From Polyangiaceae bacterium (GTDB taxonomy: Bacteria > Myxococcota_A > Polyangia > Polyangiales > Polyangiaceae), in contig JAPSGB010000007.1 in the NCBI GenBank assembly GCA_035063585.1, positions 94,393-158,392 of the forward strand: a stretch of 64,000 nucleotides of DNA, read 5' to 3'. The position numbers were made by a program, and so were the translations under genes. Positions 26,726 through 36,165 of this stretch are shown one piece after another; the stretch's first letter is position 1; the number at the start of each line of letters is the position of its first letter. The notes beneath the pieces were generated by a model. That model ran no database searches. It was given only the letters and a program-made list of their open reading frames with translations, and was not told the origin of the DNA.

Positions 26726-27741
26726 GAGCGCGCCTGACCATCGGAGCGCTCGCGCTCGCCGCCACCCCAGCCTGCCTCGGTGGTGGCGCCGTGACGCGCG
26801 TGGTGTCGGGGGAGGTCTACGAGGGGCGCTTCATCTCACCGGAGGCCTACGCGAGCGTCGCCGAGGGGGCGCTCCTCGAGGCGCAGGGCGACTTCGCTCA
26901 CGCCGAGCGCGCCTACCGGCGGGCGAGCGAGCTCGATCCCGGGAGCGCCGAGCTCTGGACGCGGCTCGGCGCGCTCGCCTGCCGCGCCCGACGCGCGGGC
27001 GCGCGCGCGGACTTCGCCCGCGCCGAGGCGCTCGACGACTCCTACGCGCCGCTCGCTCGCGAGCGCGCGCGCTGCGCCCGCGCCGAGGGGCACGCGAAGG
27101 AAGCGCTCGCGCTCGCCGAGCGCGCGTTCTCGCTCGATCCGCTGGACGAGGACACCAACCTGCTCCTCGCCGCGCTCCATGACGCTCTCGGAGACCACGC
27201 GCGGGCCGAGGCGCTCCTCCGCGGCCTCGTCTCACGCTCACCGCGCTCGCGCGCCGGTTGGCGCGCGCTCGGCGAGCTGGCCGCGCGGCGCGGCGATCGG
27301 ATCACCGTCCGGGAGGCCGACGCGCGCCTGCGCGAGCTCGAGTCTCCACGCGGCCCGGCGACCGCGCTCGAGGTCGATCGGGCGCTCGGCGCGGGGGATC
27401 TGGTGGCCGCGCGGCGCGCGGCGCGGTCGGCCGGGATGAGCGCGAGCGGGCTCGCGCTCCGCGCCGTGGAGCTCGGGCACGCGTCGCTCGCGCTCGAGCA
27501 GGCGCGCCTGGTGCTCGGCGCGGACCCCGGTGATCCGGACGCGCGCGTGGCGGCCCTCCTCGCGAGCGAGCTCACCCGGGACCCCGCCGGCTTCATCGAG
27601 AGCCTGCGCGGGCTCACCGAGGCTCGGCGCGCGGTGGGCGAGCGGGCCGAGCGACTCCTCGGCGCGCTCCTCGCGCGCCGCGTCGGGCCCGACGCGGAGC
27701 GCGCGTGGCGCGACGCCGGCCGCGACGGACCGGCAGAATGA
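26722..27741 (+). CDS. TPR-repeat putative lipoprotein
   Basis: LALAATPAC signal/lipobox-like start; TPR helices (AERAYRRASELDP, ALAERAFSLDP); GTGA overlap with the hisC stop. Confidence 0.6.
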   Translation: MRARLTIGALALAATPACLGGGAVTRVVSGEVYEGRFISPEAYASVAEGALLEAQGDFAHAERAYRRASELDPGSAELWTRLGALACRARRAGARADFARAEALDDSYAPLARERARCARAEGHAKEALALAERAFSLDPLDEDTNLLLAALHDALGDHARAEALLRGLVSRSPRSRAGWRALGELAARRGDRITVREADARLRELESPRGPATALEVDRALGAGDLVAARRAARSAGMSASGLALRAVELGHASLALEQARLVLGADPGDPDARVAALLASELTRDPAGFIESLRGLTEARRAVGERAERLLGALLARRVGPDAERAWRDAGRDGPAE

Positions 27742-27747
27742 GCGAGC

Positions 27748-28677
27748 TCAGCGTGGCGCCGCTGGCAGGGTGGCTGGCGGGGCGGCGCCGCTCGGCGCGG
27801 ACGGCGGCGGGGGCGGCGCGCCAGCGCGCGCGGCGTCGTACTTCGCGCGGTCGAACGAGATCACGAGGTCGACCCGGGCCGTCGCGGCGGACACGATGGT
27901 CACCTCCTTCTCGGTAGTTCCGAGCGTCGCCGGGAGGAACGCGCTCACCTTCACGGGGCCGGCCGGGATGCCGTCGATCCGGTACTTTCCGTCGAGGCCG
28001 GTGACGGCGAAGGTCGGGAACTTCACCACCAGCACGTCCGCGTTGATGAACGGGTGCAGCGTGTCGGTGAGGACGTATCTCCCCGGCTTGGGCGGATAGA
28101 GGTGCACGGCGTTGGAGCCGGGGATCGCGACCATCTGCGAGGCCATGCCCGCGCCGAGCAGCTCGGGCAGATAGGGCCTGCCATCGCGGCTCTTCACGTC
28201 GATGCGCTGCCCAAAGGTGAGCGCGATGGTCCGCGAGTCCCAGGCGCAACGCCGGGCCTCGACCAGTCGCTCCGGCGCGCGAGCGGGCACGAACCCCCGG
28301 TAGCCGGTCACCGCGACCATCACGTCGGCGAGCGCGCGGTCGTTGCCCTCGCGGAAGAGCTTCCCGTAGACGGCGCTGGCCGCGAGGCAATCGCGCCCGA
28401 TCTTGGCGGTACTCTCCGGCTGGTCCGGCGCGGGGTCGCCCTCCACGCGGATGGTCCCCTCGAGCGCGCCGATCGGCCCCGAGTACACCGGCTCCTTGCC
28501 AGGATTGACGACCGCGCGGATCGTCTCCTCGGGGATCGGCGCCGGGACGTTCGCCGCCTCGGCCGCGCTCGCCGAAGCCGCCGGCCCGTTCGGCGCGGTC
28601 GACCGCTTCCCGCACCCGCCAACCGAGTTGGCAGCGATGACAACCAAGGTGGCGAAGTGGGCGGTGTTCAAGCGCAT
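27748..28677 (-). CDS. Lipoprotein with cupredoxin-like and carboxypeptidase-regulatory-like domains
   Basis: VVIAANSVGGC lipobox-like motif; GTIRVEG; CAW...GQRIDV; HPFINA; AVTGLDGKYRIDGIPAGPVKVSAF. Confidence 0.6.
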   Translation of the reverse strand: MRLNTAHFATLVVIAANSVGGCGKRSTAPNGPAASASAAEAANVPAPIPEETIRAVVNPGKEPVYSGPIGALEGTIRVEGDPAPDQPESTAKIGRDCLAASAVYGKLFREGNDRALADVMVAVTGYRGFVPARAPERLVEARRCAWDSRTIALTFGQRIDVKSRDGRPYLPELLGAGMASQMVAIPGSNAVHLYPPKPGRYVLTDTLHPFINADVLVVKFPTFAVTGLDGKYRIDGIPAGPVKVSAFLPATLGTTEKEVTIVSAATARVDLVISFDRAKYDAARAGAPPPPPSAPSGAAPPATLPAAPR

Positions 28678-28793
28678 CGTCGAGCGGGCTCCTCGCCCAG
28701 AGCTAGGACAGGGACTCTGCCGCGCGCGCGGTCAGCGCGGCAAGCGGAGATGATTCCACGGGATTCTCGTACCAGGCGGGTCCCCTCCACGCC

Positions 28794-28809
28794 AGCAAGC
28801 GTCGTGCCA
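28794..28809 (-). promoter_or_regulatory. Sigma54 (RpoN) -24/-12 promoter
   Basis: Minus strand reads TGGCACGACGCTTGCT, an exact match to TGGCACG-N4-TTGCW, about 115 nt upstream of and pointing into the 28677 start. Confidence 0.7.
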
Positions 28810-28960
28810 GCCGAGCGCGATACTGGTTCCTCAGAAGTGGAGGCCGGCCGCCCGGCCTACACGTCGATCTCGAGCTTAGTGTCAGTCGTAGAAGCTCACC
28901 GTCCAGTCGTGTACGGTGCACGCGACAGGGGCGGCGGCTCTCAAGAAAGGTAGTGACGAC

Positions 28961-29524
28961 ATGATGACTCGGGGAGGCGGCGCTACGGCCGTCGGATGCA
29001 CCATCCTGATCGCGGGCGCGCTGCTCGCCTGCAAGAAGGGCTCGTCGTCGAGCTCGGGCCCGAGCTCGACCACCGCGGCGACGGCTACCGCCAGCGCGGC
29101 GGCAGCCCCGGCTGCGCCCACCGACAAGATCTACAAGGAGGGCGAGACCGCGACGGCGACCGACTACAAGCTGACGCTCGAGAAGGTCGAGGAGTGCAAG
29201 CCCAAGTCCGTCTACTTCAAGCCCAAGAAGGGAACCATCTGGCTCGGCGCTCAGGTCACCATCCAGTCGACCACGAGCAAGACGACGTACCCGAGCTCGG
29301 CGAACTTCAAGATCACCGACGGTGAGGGCGTCGTCCACAACGTAAGCTACAGCTCATCCAAGAATTGCGATCCGGCGCTCAGCGGCTCGCAGCTCGCGCA
29401 GGGCGAGAAGCTCAAGGGCTGGGTCATCTTCGAGCTCCCCACGGCCGCGAGCGGCCTGAAGCTCACCTACAATCCCATCTCGTTCGGGCAGCCGCAGACC
29501 TCGAAGTTCGACCTCGGGCGCTGA
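28961..29524 (+). CDS. DUF4352-like Ig-fold lipoprotein, copy 1
   Basis: AAAGG RBS, LLAC lipobox, Ser/Ala linker, WLGAQVTI, LAQGEKLKGWVIFELP, LKLTYNP. Confidence 0.7.
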   Translation: MMTRGGGATAVGCTILIAGALLACKKGSSSSSGPSSTTAATATASAAAAPAAPTDKIYKEGETATATDYKLTLEKVEECKPKSVYFKPKKGTIWLGAQVTIQSTTSKTTYPSSANFKITDGEGVVHNVSYSSSKNCDPALSGSQLAQGEKLKGWVIFELPTAASGLKLTYNPISFGQPQTSKFDLGR

Positions 29525-29528
29525 CCGC

Positions 29529-29996
29529 ATGCCGCGCCTCCGCCTCGCCGTGCTCGCGGCGGCGCTCCTCGCGCTCGCGGCGTGCGAGCCGAGCTCCGCG
29601 GGCGCGGCGGCGAACGGCTCCCGCGACGGCGTGGCGGGCACCGGCTACCTGCTTCGCGTGCGCGGGACCCGAGAGTGCGCGCCGACCGCGCTCTATCCGG
29701 CGCCGCGCAGCCGCCGCTGGGTGGGCGTCGAGCTCGAGCTCGAGGCGACCGGCGCGCACGCGGTGCCCGCGAGCTTCTACTACGCGCGCGTGGTCGACTC
29801 CGCGGGGCGAAGCTACGAGAGCGCGCCCGGGCCGTGCGCCCCACCGCTTCGGCACGCGCCGCTCACGCGCGGCGCACGCGCGCTCGGCTGGGCGAGCTTC
29901 GCGATCGACACGCAGGCGACCGGGCTCGAGCTCCGTTTCGCGCCCCGCCTGCCGGTGGCGCCCAGCGAAGAGCTCAGGCTCGCGCTCGGCTCGTGA
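29529..29996 (+). CDS. DUF4352-like Ig-fold lipoprotein, copy 2
   Basis: LAAC lipobox, WVGVELEL, LTRGARALGWASFAI, LELRFAP. Confidence 0.65.
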   Translation: MPRLRLAVLAAALLALAACEPSSAGAAANGSRDGVAGTGYLLRVRGTRECAPTALYPAPRSRRWVGVELELEATGAHAVPASFYYARVVDSAGRSYESAPGPCAPPLRHAPLTRGARALGWASFAIDTQATGLELRFAPRLPVAPSEELRLALGS

Positions 29997-30041
29997 CGGG
30001 CGCGCGCCCGGCCGCCGCGGGCTAGACTCCTCCGGGTTCGC

Positions 30042-30653
30042 GTGACGCTAGTGCTCCCCTCTCCGGCCAACCCTCGCAGGGTCGCGCTCGTCGCGCTCGG
30101 CGCGCTCGTCGCGCTCGGCGCGCTCGGCGGCGGGTGCAAACGCGCCGCCCGGCGTTCCCCAGCGGACGCGCCGAGCGCGAGCGCCGCGCCGGTCGCGCCT
30201 CCTCGGCCGGTCCCCGCCGCCGTCGACTCCGCGCCCGCCGCGCGCGTCGAGCCCGGTGCGGTCGACACTCACGCCCCCGGGGAGGCGGTCACCCTGCCCG
30301 ACTACCGCATCACCGTGCTCGACGTGAAGGAGTGCAAGCCGCGGAGCTACTACCGCCCGCGCGAGGGCAACCGCTGGCTCGGCGTCGAGCTCTCCATCGA
30401 GGCGACCACCGAACGCGAGGTCCGCACGAGCCCGTTCTTCGCCCGAATCATCGACCGCGAGGGGCAAGGACACTCGGCCACCTTCGACGGCTGCAAGCCC
30501 GAGCTCCGCGCGAGCCGGCTGTCGAAGGGCGACCGCGTGAAGGGCTACGTCACCTTCGAGGTGCCCGCGTCGGACACCGCGCTCCGCCTCGAATACGATC
30601 CGTTCGTCATCGGCGGGGGCAAGCAACCAGTGGCGTTCCTGGTCGGGCGCTGA
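30042..30653 (+). CDS. DUF4352-like Ig-fold lipoprotein, copy 3
   Basis: LGGGC lipobox, Pro/Ala linker, WLGVELSI, LSKGDRVKGYVTFEVP, LRLEYDP. Confidence 0.7.
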   Translation: MTLVLPSPANPRRVALVALGALVALGALGGGCKRAARRSPADAPSASAAPVAPPRPVPAAVDSAPAARVEPGAVDTHAPGEAVTLPDYRITVLDVKECKPRSYYRPREGNRWLGVELSIEATTEREVRTSPFFARIIDREGQGHSATFDGCKPELRASRLSKGDRVKGYVTFEVPASDTALRLEYDPFVIGGGKQPVAFLVGR

Positions 30654-30715
30654 CCCGAGCGGGCCGCGAAGGCAGGTGGGAGGTCGGGGCGGCGCGGCCG
30701 GCGGCGCGGCGCGCG

Positions 30716-32689
30716 TCACTCACCGACGCCGAGGCCCGGCCACGCCTCGAGCAGGGCGCGGCCCTCCGCGGCGCGAAGCTGGGCCGCCTCGCGGAGCGGT
30801 GCGTCGAGCGGCCCGTACTTCGCGAAGCGCCCGAGCGCGGGTTCGAGCTCCTCGGGCGGCGCCCAGCGGACGAAATACTCGAGGAGCGCGGCGCGCTCCT
30901 CAGCCGGCAGCTCGGCGCGAGCGAGGAGCGACTCGGCGAGCGCCAGCGCGTCGAGCCGGCGGCCCGCGAGCTCTGCCAGTCGGAAACGGGCGAGGGCCCG
31001 CACGGCGGGGTCGGACGCCCTGAGCTCGGGAGAGCGCGCGAACCGGCGGACGCGCTCGAGGAGCTGCCCGAGCTCGGCGGCAGCCGCGAGCCCGGGCCTT
31101 CGACGCTCCGCCTCAGCGAGGAGCTCGCCTGCGGCGTCGAGGTCGAGCGCATTGAGCGAGAGCTGCGCGGCGCCGACGCAGTCCCAGGCCGAGCTCCGGT
31201 CTTCTTCGCAGAGCTTCCGCAACACGGGCAGCGCTGCTTCGTAGCGTCCGAGCTGCGCCAGCGCGCGCGCGGCGTTGCTGAGGAAGATGGTCGACCGACC
31301 GTTCGCCCGCCGAGCGGCGCTCTGGTAGCTGGCGAGCGCCTGCGGGTAGAGGCCCGCACGAAAATAGAGGTTCCCGAGCTCGTTCGCCGGTAGGCCGTTG
31401 CTCTTGGGCGTCGCGCGGTACGCCTTGCCCCAGAGCCGCAGCTCGCTCGACCAGTCGTTCAGCCGCTCGGCCGTCCCGGCGCCGAGCGCGACGACGACCA
31501 CGGCGCCCGCGAGGAGCGTCGGCCCGGCGCGGCGCCGAGCTGCGCGCTCGACTGCCGGCGCGATCATCAGGGTGAGCGCCGCGAGCGGCAGGTAGAGAAA
31601 CCGATCCGCGGCGACGATATTGACCGAAATGGGGATGACGTGCGCGACGAGGATGATGCCAGTGAGCCCCGCGACACCGGAGACTCGCGTGAGGAGGCGC
31701 CGCTCGCCAGCGACCGCGCCGCCCCGCCGGTGAGCCACGAGCGCGCCAGCGAGCAGGGCGAGTAGCGCCAGCGCTCCGAGCGTGACGAAGCGCTGGTCCG
31801 GAGCTCCGAGGAGCCCTTGCTGGAGCCGCGGCGGCCACGGCAGCGCGAGATCCCAGGCGCTTCGCCCAAACGCCTCGAGGATAGCGAGCGCGCGCTCCCG
31901 AAGCGAGAGCGGCGCCGACACGGCCGAGGCGCCCCGCATCGCGTAGAATCGGAGCGCAACGTAGGCCACCAGGCCGACCAGCACCGGGCTCTGATGCCCG
32001 AGCGCTGCGCGGCTCGGGCGGAGGCGTCCGTCTTCGCTGCCGAGCTCCCACACCAGGACCGCGATCATCCCGGCCAGCGCGACCTCCTTCGCCAGCAAGC
32101 CGAGGAAGAGGAGCGCGGCCGCTACGCTGCACCGCGCGAGACTCCGCGGCCGAAACACCAAGAGCGCGAGGAGCACGAAGGACGTAGCGAGCACGTCGGT
32201 GCGCCCGGAGATCCAACCGGCCGCCTCCGTGAGCCGAGGATGAAGCGCCCAGCCGAGCGCCAGGAGCGCCGCCGCCAGCGTACCCGCGGTCCACTTGCGA
32301 AGGAGCGCGAAGAGGAGCGCCGCGTTGAGTACGTGGAAGATGACGTTGGTGAGGTGGTACCCGGCCGCGTTCGTCGCGTGGAGCCGGTAGTCGAGCACGA
32401 ACGAGAGCGTCGTGAGCGGGCGAAAATAGGCGCGAACACTCTCCGAGGCGGCGTTCGTCCAGAACGGCTCGGTGAAGCACGAGAGGAGCGGCCTCCCCTC
32501 GGTGACCGGCGAGCCCTCGAGGATGAGGTGCCGATCGTCCCATACGAACGGCGCACCGAGCGACCGCGCGTAGACCGCGAGCACGCCGACCACCACGATA
32601 GCGAGCGCCCAGCGACCCCAGCGCGCGTCGAGCGGCTCGGGCTCCGCCGCGACGCTCGACCTCGGAGCTGGCTCGGGAGCGGAGTCCAC
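30716..32689 (-). CDS. TMTC-like GT-C membrane glycosyltransferase with C-terminal TPR repeats
   Basis: FVWDDRHLI, YFRPLTTLSF, YHLTNVIFH, HP..TEAAGWISGR, LLAKE, ADRFLYLP, W.SE..LW, then TPRs (NELGNLYFRAG, NAARALAQLGRYEAA). Confidence 0.8.
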   Translation of the reverse strand: MDSAPEPAPRSSVAAEPEPLDARWGRWALAIVVVGVLAVYARSLGAPFVWDDRHLILEGSPVTEGRPLLSCFTEPFWTNAASESVRAYFRPLTTLSFVLDYRLHATNAAGYHLTNVIFHVLNAALLFALLRKWTAGTLAAALLALGWALHPRLTEAAGWISGRTDVLATSFVLLALLVFRPRSLARCSVAAALLFLGLLAKEVALAGMIAVLVWELGSEDGRLRPSRAALGHQSPVLVGLVAYVALRFYAMRGASAVSAPLSLRERALAILEAFGRSAWDLALPWPPRLQQGLLGAPDQRFVTLGALALLALLAGALVAHRRGGAVAGERRLLTRVSGVAGLTGIILVAHVIPISVNIVAADRFLYLPLAALTLMIAPAVERAARRRAGPTLLAGAVVVVALGAGTAERLNDWSSELRLWGKAYRATPKSNGLPANELGNLYFRAGLYPQALASYQSAARRANGRSTIFLSNAARALAQLGRYEAALPVLRKLCEEDRSSAWDCVGAAQLSLNALDLDAAGELLAEAERRRPGLAAAAELGQLLERVRRFARSPELRASDPAVRALARFRLAELAGRRLDALALAESLLARAELPAEERAALLEYFVRWAPPEELEPALGRFAKYGPLDAPLREAAQLRAAEGRALLEAWPGLGVGE

Positions 32690-32779
32690 TACGCTCGCAT
32701 TATCCTAGCGGCGCGCTCCTCGGTCCAACGCTTTCGCCTCCCCCCTCGGAGCGCCTCACTCCGGCGCGCTCGCCGCTCG

Positions 32780-34315
32780 TCAACCGCGAACGACCGCGGC
32801 CACCACCAGGTCGAGCGAGTCCCCGGGGATCACGCCGAGCACGATCACCAGTATCGCGGAGATCAAGAGCGCGGCCGCCACGTAGCCGCTCTTCATGGGG
32901 ACCGCGAGCGGCGCTCCCGGTTCCGGCTCGCTGAAGTACATGACGACCAACACCTTCAGGTAATAGAAGGCCGCCACGAAGCTGTTGATGACGGCGATGA
33001 CTACGAGCAAGGTGAAATCTGCGTCGATGGCCGCTCGGAAGATATAGAACTTGCCGAAGAACCCGGCCGTCGGCGGGACTCCGGCGAGCGACAGAAGGAA
33101 CAGCGTGAACGCGAGCGCGGCCGCAGGGTGACGCCGGCCGATGCCCTTCAGGTCGTCGTAGCTCACCGACTCCGCCCCGCGACGGCCGCAGAGGATGAGC
33201 GTCCCGAACGCGCCCACCGTGGAGACCGTATAGGTGAGCAGGTAGAAGAGGACCGCGCTCTGCGCCTCCGGGCTCGCCATGGTCGCCGTCACCCCGACCA
33301 GCATGTAGCCGGCGTGCGCGACCGACGAATACGCCAGCATGCGCTTGACCGACTCCTGCCGGACCGCGATGAGGTTCGCGACCGTCATGGTGAGGATGGC
33401 CAAGGTGGCCACGGCCGGCGGCCATCCGCTCCCCCAGCTCTTCAGCCGCGGATCCCCGAAGGCCAGCAGGAGCACGTGCAACAGCGCACCGAACGCGGCG
33501 CTCTTGACCGCTACCGCCATGTACGTCGTGGTGGGAGTCGGCGCGCCTTCGTAGGCGTCGGGCGTCCACATGTGGAAAGGCACTGCGCTCACCTTGAAGC
33601 CAATGCCCGCCAGCATCAGGACCAGCGCGATGAGGATCATCGGGGCGCTCACCGTGCTCGCCGCGGTGCCGACCCCGGCCATCGCCCGGCCGATCCCCGC
33701 GAGATCGGTGTGCCCGGTCGCCCCATAGAGCAGGGCCGACCCGAACAGGGTGAGCGCCGCGGCGAAGCTACCGAGCAGGAAGTACTTCACCGCAGCCTCG
33801 ATGGCCCGTGCGCTGCCCCGGCGCAGGCCGACCATGCAGTAGACGCCGAGCGACATGGTCTCGAGTCCGAGAAACAGGCTGAGCAGGTCGCCCGCGGAGG
33901 CGAGCGCCATGGCGCCGAGCGTCGAGAGCACGGTGAGCGGGAAGAACTCGCTCCGATCGATGCGGTACTCGGGCAGATAGCCGCCCGCGAGCAGCGCGGA
34001 CAGCGCGCCGCCCAGACAAAGCACGAAGCAGAAGAACATGCTGAAGCGGTCGACGAGGAGATACGGGGCGACGAACTCGAGCCCCTCGAGCCGCTCCGGG
34101 CCGTACAGCCACACCCCGATACTCAGGACCGCACCCGCGAAGAGCACCACCGCGCTGCCGAGCGCGAGCTCGGCGGCGCGACCCGAGCCGGCGTCGGTCG
34201 GATCGATCGGCTCGCCCTCCCGGGCGACCGGGCGTCCGAACGCCTCGGCGAGCATCAGCAGCAGCGCGCCGAGCCCGACGATCAAGAACGGTGACAGACC
34301 GAACACCCAGCTCAT
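32780..34315 (-). CDS. nuoN: NADH-quinone oxidoreductase subunit N
   Basis: LGLETMS, EAAVKYFLLGS, FKVSAVPFHMWTPDAYEGAPTP, KRMLAYSSVAHAGY, SLAGVPPTAGFFGK. Confidence 0.95.
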   Translation of the reverse strand: MSWVFGLSPFLIVGLGALLLMLAEAFGRPVAREGEPIDPTDAGSGRAAELALGSAVVLFAGAVLSIGVWLYGPERLEGLEFVAPYLLVDRFSMFFCFVLCLGGALSALLAGGYLPEYRIDRSEFFPLTVLSTLGAMALASAGDLLSLFLGLETMSLGVYCMVGLRRGSARAIEAAVKYFLLGSFAAALTLFGSALLYGATGHTDLAGIGRAMAGVGTAASTVSAPMILIALVLMLAGIGFKVSAVPFHMWTPDAYEGAPTPTTTYMAVAVKSAAFGALLHVLLLAFGDPRLKSWGSGWPPAVATLAILTMTVANLIAVRQESVKRMLAYSSVAHAGYMLVGVTATMASPEAQSAVLFYLLTYTVSTVGAFGTLILCGRRGAESVSYDDLKGIGRRHPAAALAFTLFLLSLAGVPPTAGFFGKFYIFRAAIDADFTLLVVIAVINSFVAAFYYLKVLVVMYFSEPEPGAPLAVPMKSGYVAAALLISAILVIVLGVIPGDSLDLVVAAVVRG

Positions 34316-36165
34316 TCTGCCTGGCCCTCCACGGCGGCGGGGCTCGGAGCTTCGGGCGGCGCGTCAGCGCCTGCCTGGGCTCGCTCCTCCGGAGACTTCG
34401 GATAGCCCCGCTCGAGCGGGCCGCCGCGCCGCGGCGCGAGGCGCGCCTCCTTCGCGTCACCCATGTCGAGGTACATCATGCGCCCCTCGCGGTAACGGTC
34501 GAGCAGCGCGTCGACGCTCGGGTTCATGCGGTCGGTAAAGAGCGACGGGAAGAACCCGATGAGGAAGATGAGCGCGACCAGCGGCGCGAGCGCGACCGTC
34601 TCGCGCACGTTGAGATCCGAGAGCACCTTGTTCTTCGGGTTGGCGAGCGGCCCGAAGAACATCCGCTGCACCATGGTGAGCATGTAGACGGCCGCGAGGA
34701 TGACTCCCACCGCGGCGAGCACGCCCTGCACCAGCCCCATCCGGCCCAGCGAACCCGAGACGAACGTCCCGGTGATGATCATGAACTCGCCGATGAAGCC
34801 GTTGGTGCCGGGTAGGCCGATGCTCGCCATCGTCACGATGACGAAGATCGTCGCGTAGACGGGCATCACCTTCGCCAGCCCGCCGAACTCGCGGACGTCG
34901 CGCGTGTGGCGTCGATCGTAGATGACGCCAATGAGCAGGAAGAGCGCACCGGTCGAGATCCCGTGGTTCACCATCTGCAAGATGGCGCCCTCGACCCCGC
35001 CCCGAGTCGCCGCGAAGAGCCCGAGCATGACGAAGCCGAGGTGCGCGACCGACGAATACGCGATCAGCCGTTTGATGTTGTCTTGCTTCCAGGAGACGAG
35101 CGCGGCGTAGAGGATTCCGCCCCCGACCGCGAGCCCGGCGAGGTTCGCTCCCGCCCACCACGCGACCCCGGGGAAGAGCCCCATACAGAACCGCATGTAC
35201 CCGTACGCGCCGAGCTTCAAGAGCACCGCGGCCAGGATGATCGAGCCGCCGGTGGGCGCCTGCACGTGCGCGTCCGGCAGCCACGTGTGGAGCGGGAACA
35301 TCGGCACTTTGATGAAGAAGGACAGCGTGAACGCGGCAAAACACAGGATCGCCGCGCCGTGCGGCAGCATCACGCGACGGAGCGCGAGATAATCGAAGGT
35401 CACGTAGCCGGCGAGCTTCTGGTGCTGGAGCACCAAGTACAGGATGGCCACCAGCATGAGGACGCTGCCCGCCATCGTGTAGATGAAGAACTTGTAGGCT
35501 GCCTTCACCTTCTCGTCGCTGCCCCAGACGCCGATCATCAGCATCATGGGCACCAGCATCAGCTCCCAGAACACGTAGAAGAGGAACAGATCCATCGACA
35601 CGAACGCGCCGAGCATTGCGCCGTGCAGGAGCAGCATGGAAAACGCGAGGTCCTTGGTGCTGCGTCGAATGGAGCCGAAGGCGACGTAGGCGGCGATCGG
35701 GGTGGTCAGCGTGGTGAGCAAGATCAGCCACATGCTGAGGCCGTCGACCGCGACGTGATAGCGAATGCCAAAACTCGGGATCCACTCGTGGATGTACTGG
35801 AAGTGCCACCCGTTCGACATCGGCACCGACAAGAGCCAGAGCGACACCAAGAGATCGATGAGCAGCACCGCCATCGTGAACCGCCGAAGCAGGTTCGGGG
35901 CTTGACGCGGGAGGAACAGGATCGCGACCGCGCCAGCGAACGGCAAGAACACGATGACGTTCAAGAGGTGCGGCCACTCGCGGGGCTCGGCGGCAGCGCT
36001 CTCGGCGCCAGGCCAGAGCCCGGTGACGAGCGTGACCGCGAGCGCGCCGATGATCCCGAGCGCGACGCGCTCTGGCCAACCCTGGCGGCGCGGCATCGCC
36101 GCGCCGACCACGAAGGCCGCGACGGTGGGCCAGAGTTCGAAGATGAGCTTTCCGAGCGGGCTCAC
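34312..36165 (-). CDS. nuoM: NADH-quinone oxidoreductase subunit M, with N- and C-terminal extensions
   Basis: FYVFWELMLVP, IKVPMFPLHTWLPDAHVQAPT, LLKLGAYG, KRLIAYSSVAHLG, GLPGTNGFIGE. Confidence 0.95.
   Translation of the reverse strand: MSPLGKLIFELWPTVAAFVVGAAMPRRQGWPERVALGIIGALAVTLVTGLWPGAESAAAEPREWPHLLNVIVFLPFAGAVAILFLPRQAPNLLRRFTMAVLLIDLLVSLWLLSVPMSNGWHFQYIHEWIPSFGIRYHVAVDGLSMWLILLTTLTTPIAAYVAFGSIRRSTKDLAFSMLLLHGAMLGAFVSMDLFLFYVFWELMLVPMMLMIGVWGSDEKVKAAYKFFIYTMAGSVLMLVAILYLVLQHQKLAGYVTFDYLALRRVMLPHGAAILCFAAFTLSFFIKVPMFPLHTWLPDAHVQAPTGGSIILAAVLLKLGAYGYMRFCMGLFPGVAWWAGANLAGLAVGGGILYAALVSWKQDNIKRLIAYSSVAHLGFVMLGLFAATRGGVEGAILQMVNHGISTGALFLLIGVIYDRRHTRDVREFGGLAKVMPVYATIFVIVTMASIGLPGTNGFIGEFMIITGTFVSGSLGRMGLVQGVLAAVGVILAAVYMLTMVQRMFFGPLANPKNKVLSDLNVRETVALAPLVALIFLIGFFPSLFTDRMNPSVDALLDRYREGRMMYLDMGDAKEARLAPRRGGPLERGYPKSPEERAQAGADAPPEAPSPAAVEGQAE

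Noticed and set aside
30081..30128. 9-bp tandem repeat (GCGCTCGTC/GCGCTCGGC)
   Set aside because: Encodes the ALV/ALG hydrophobic core of a signal peptide; low complexity
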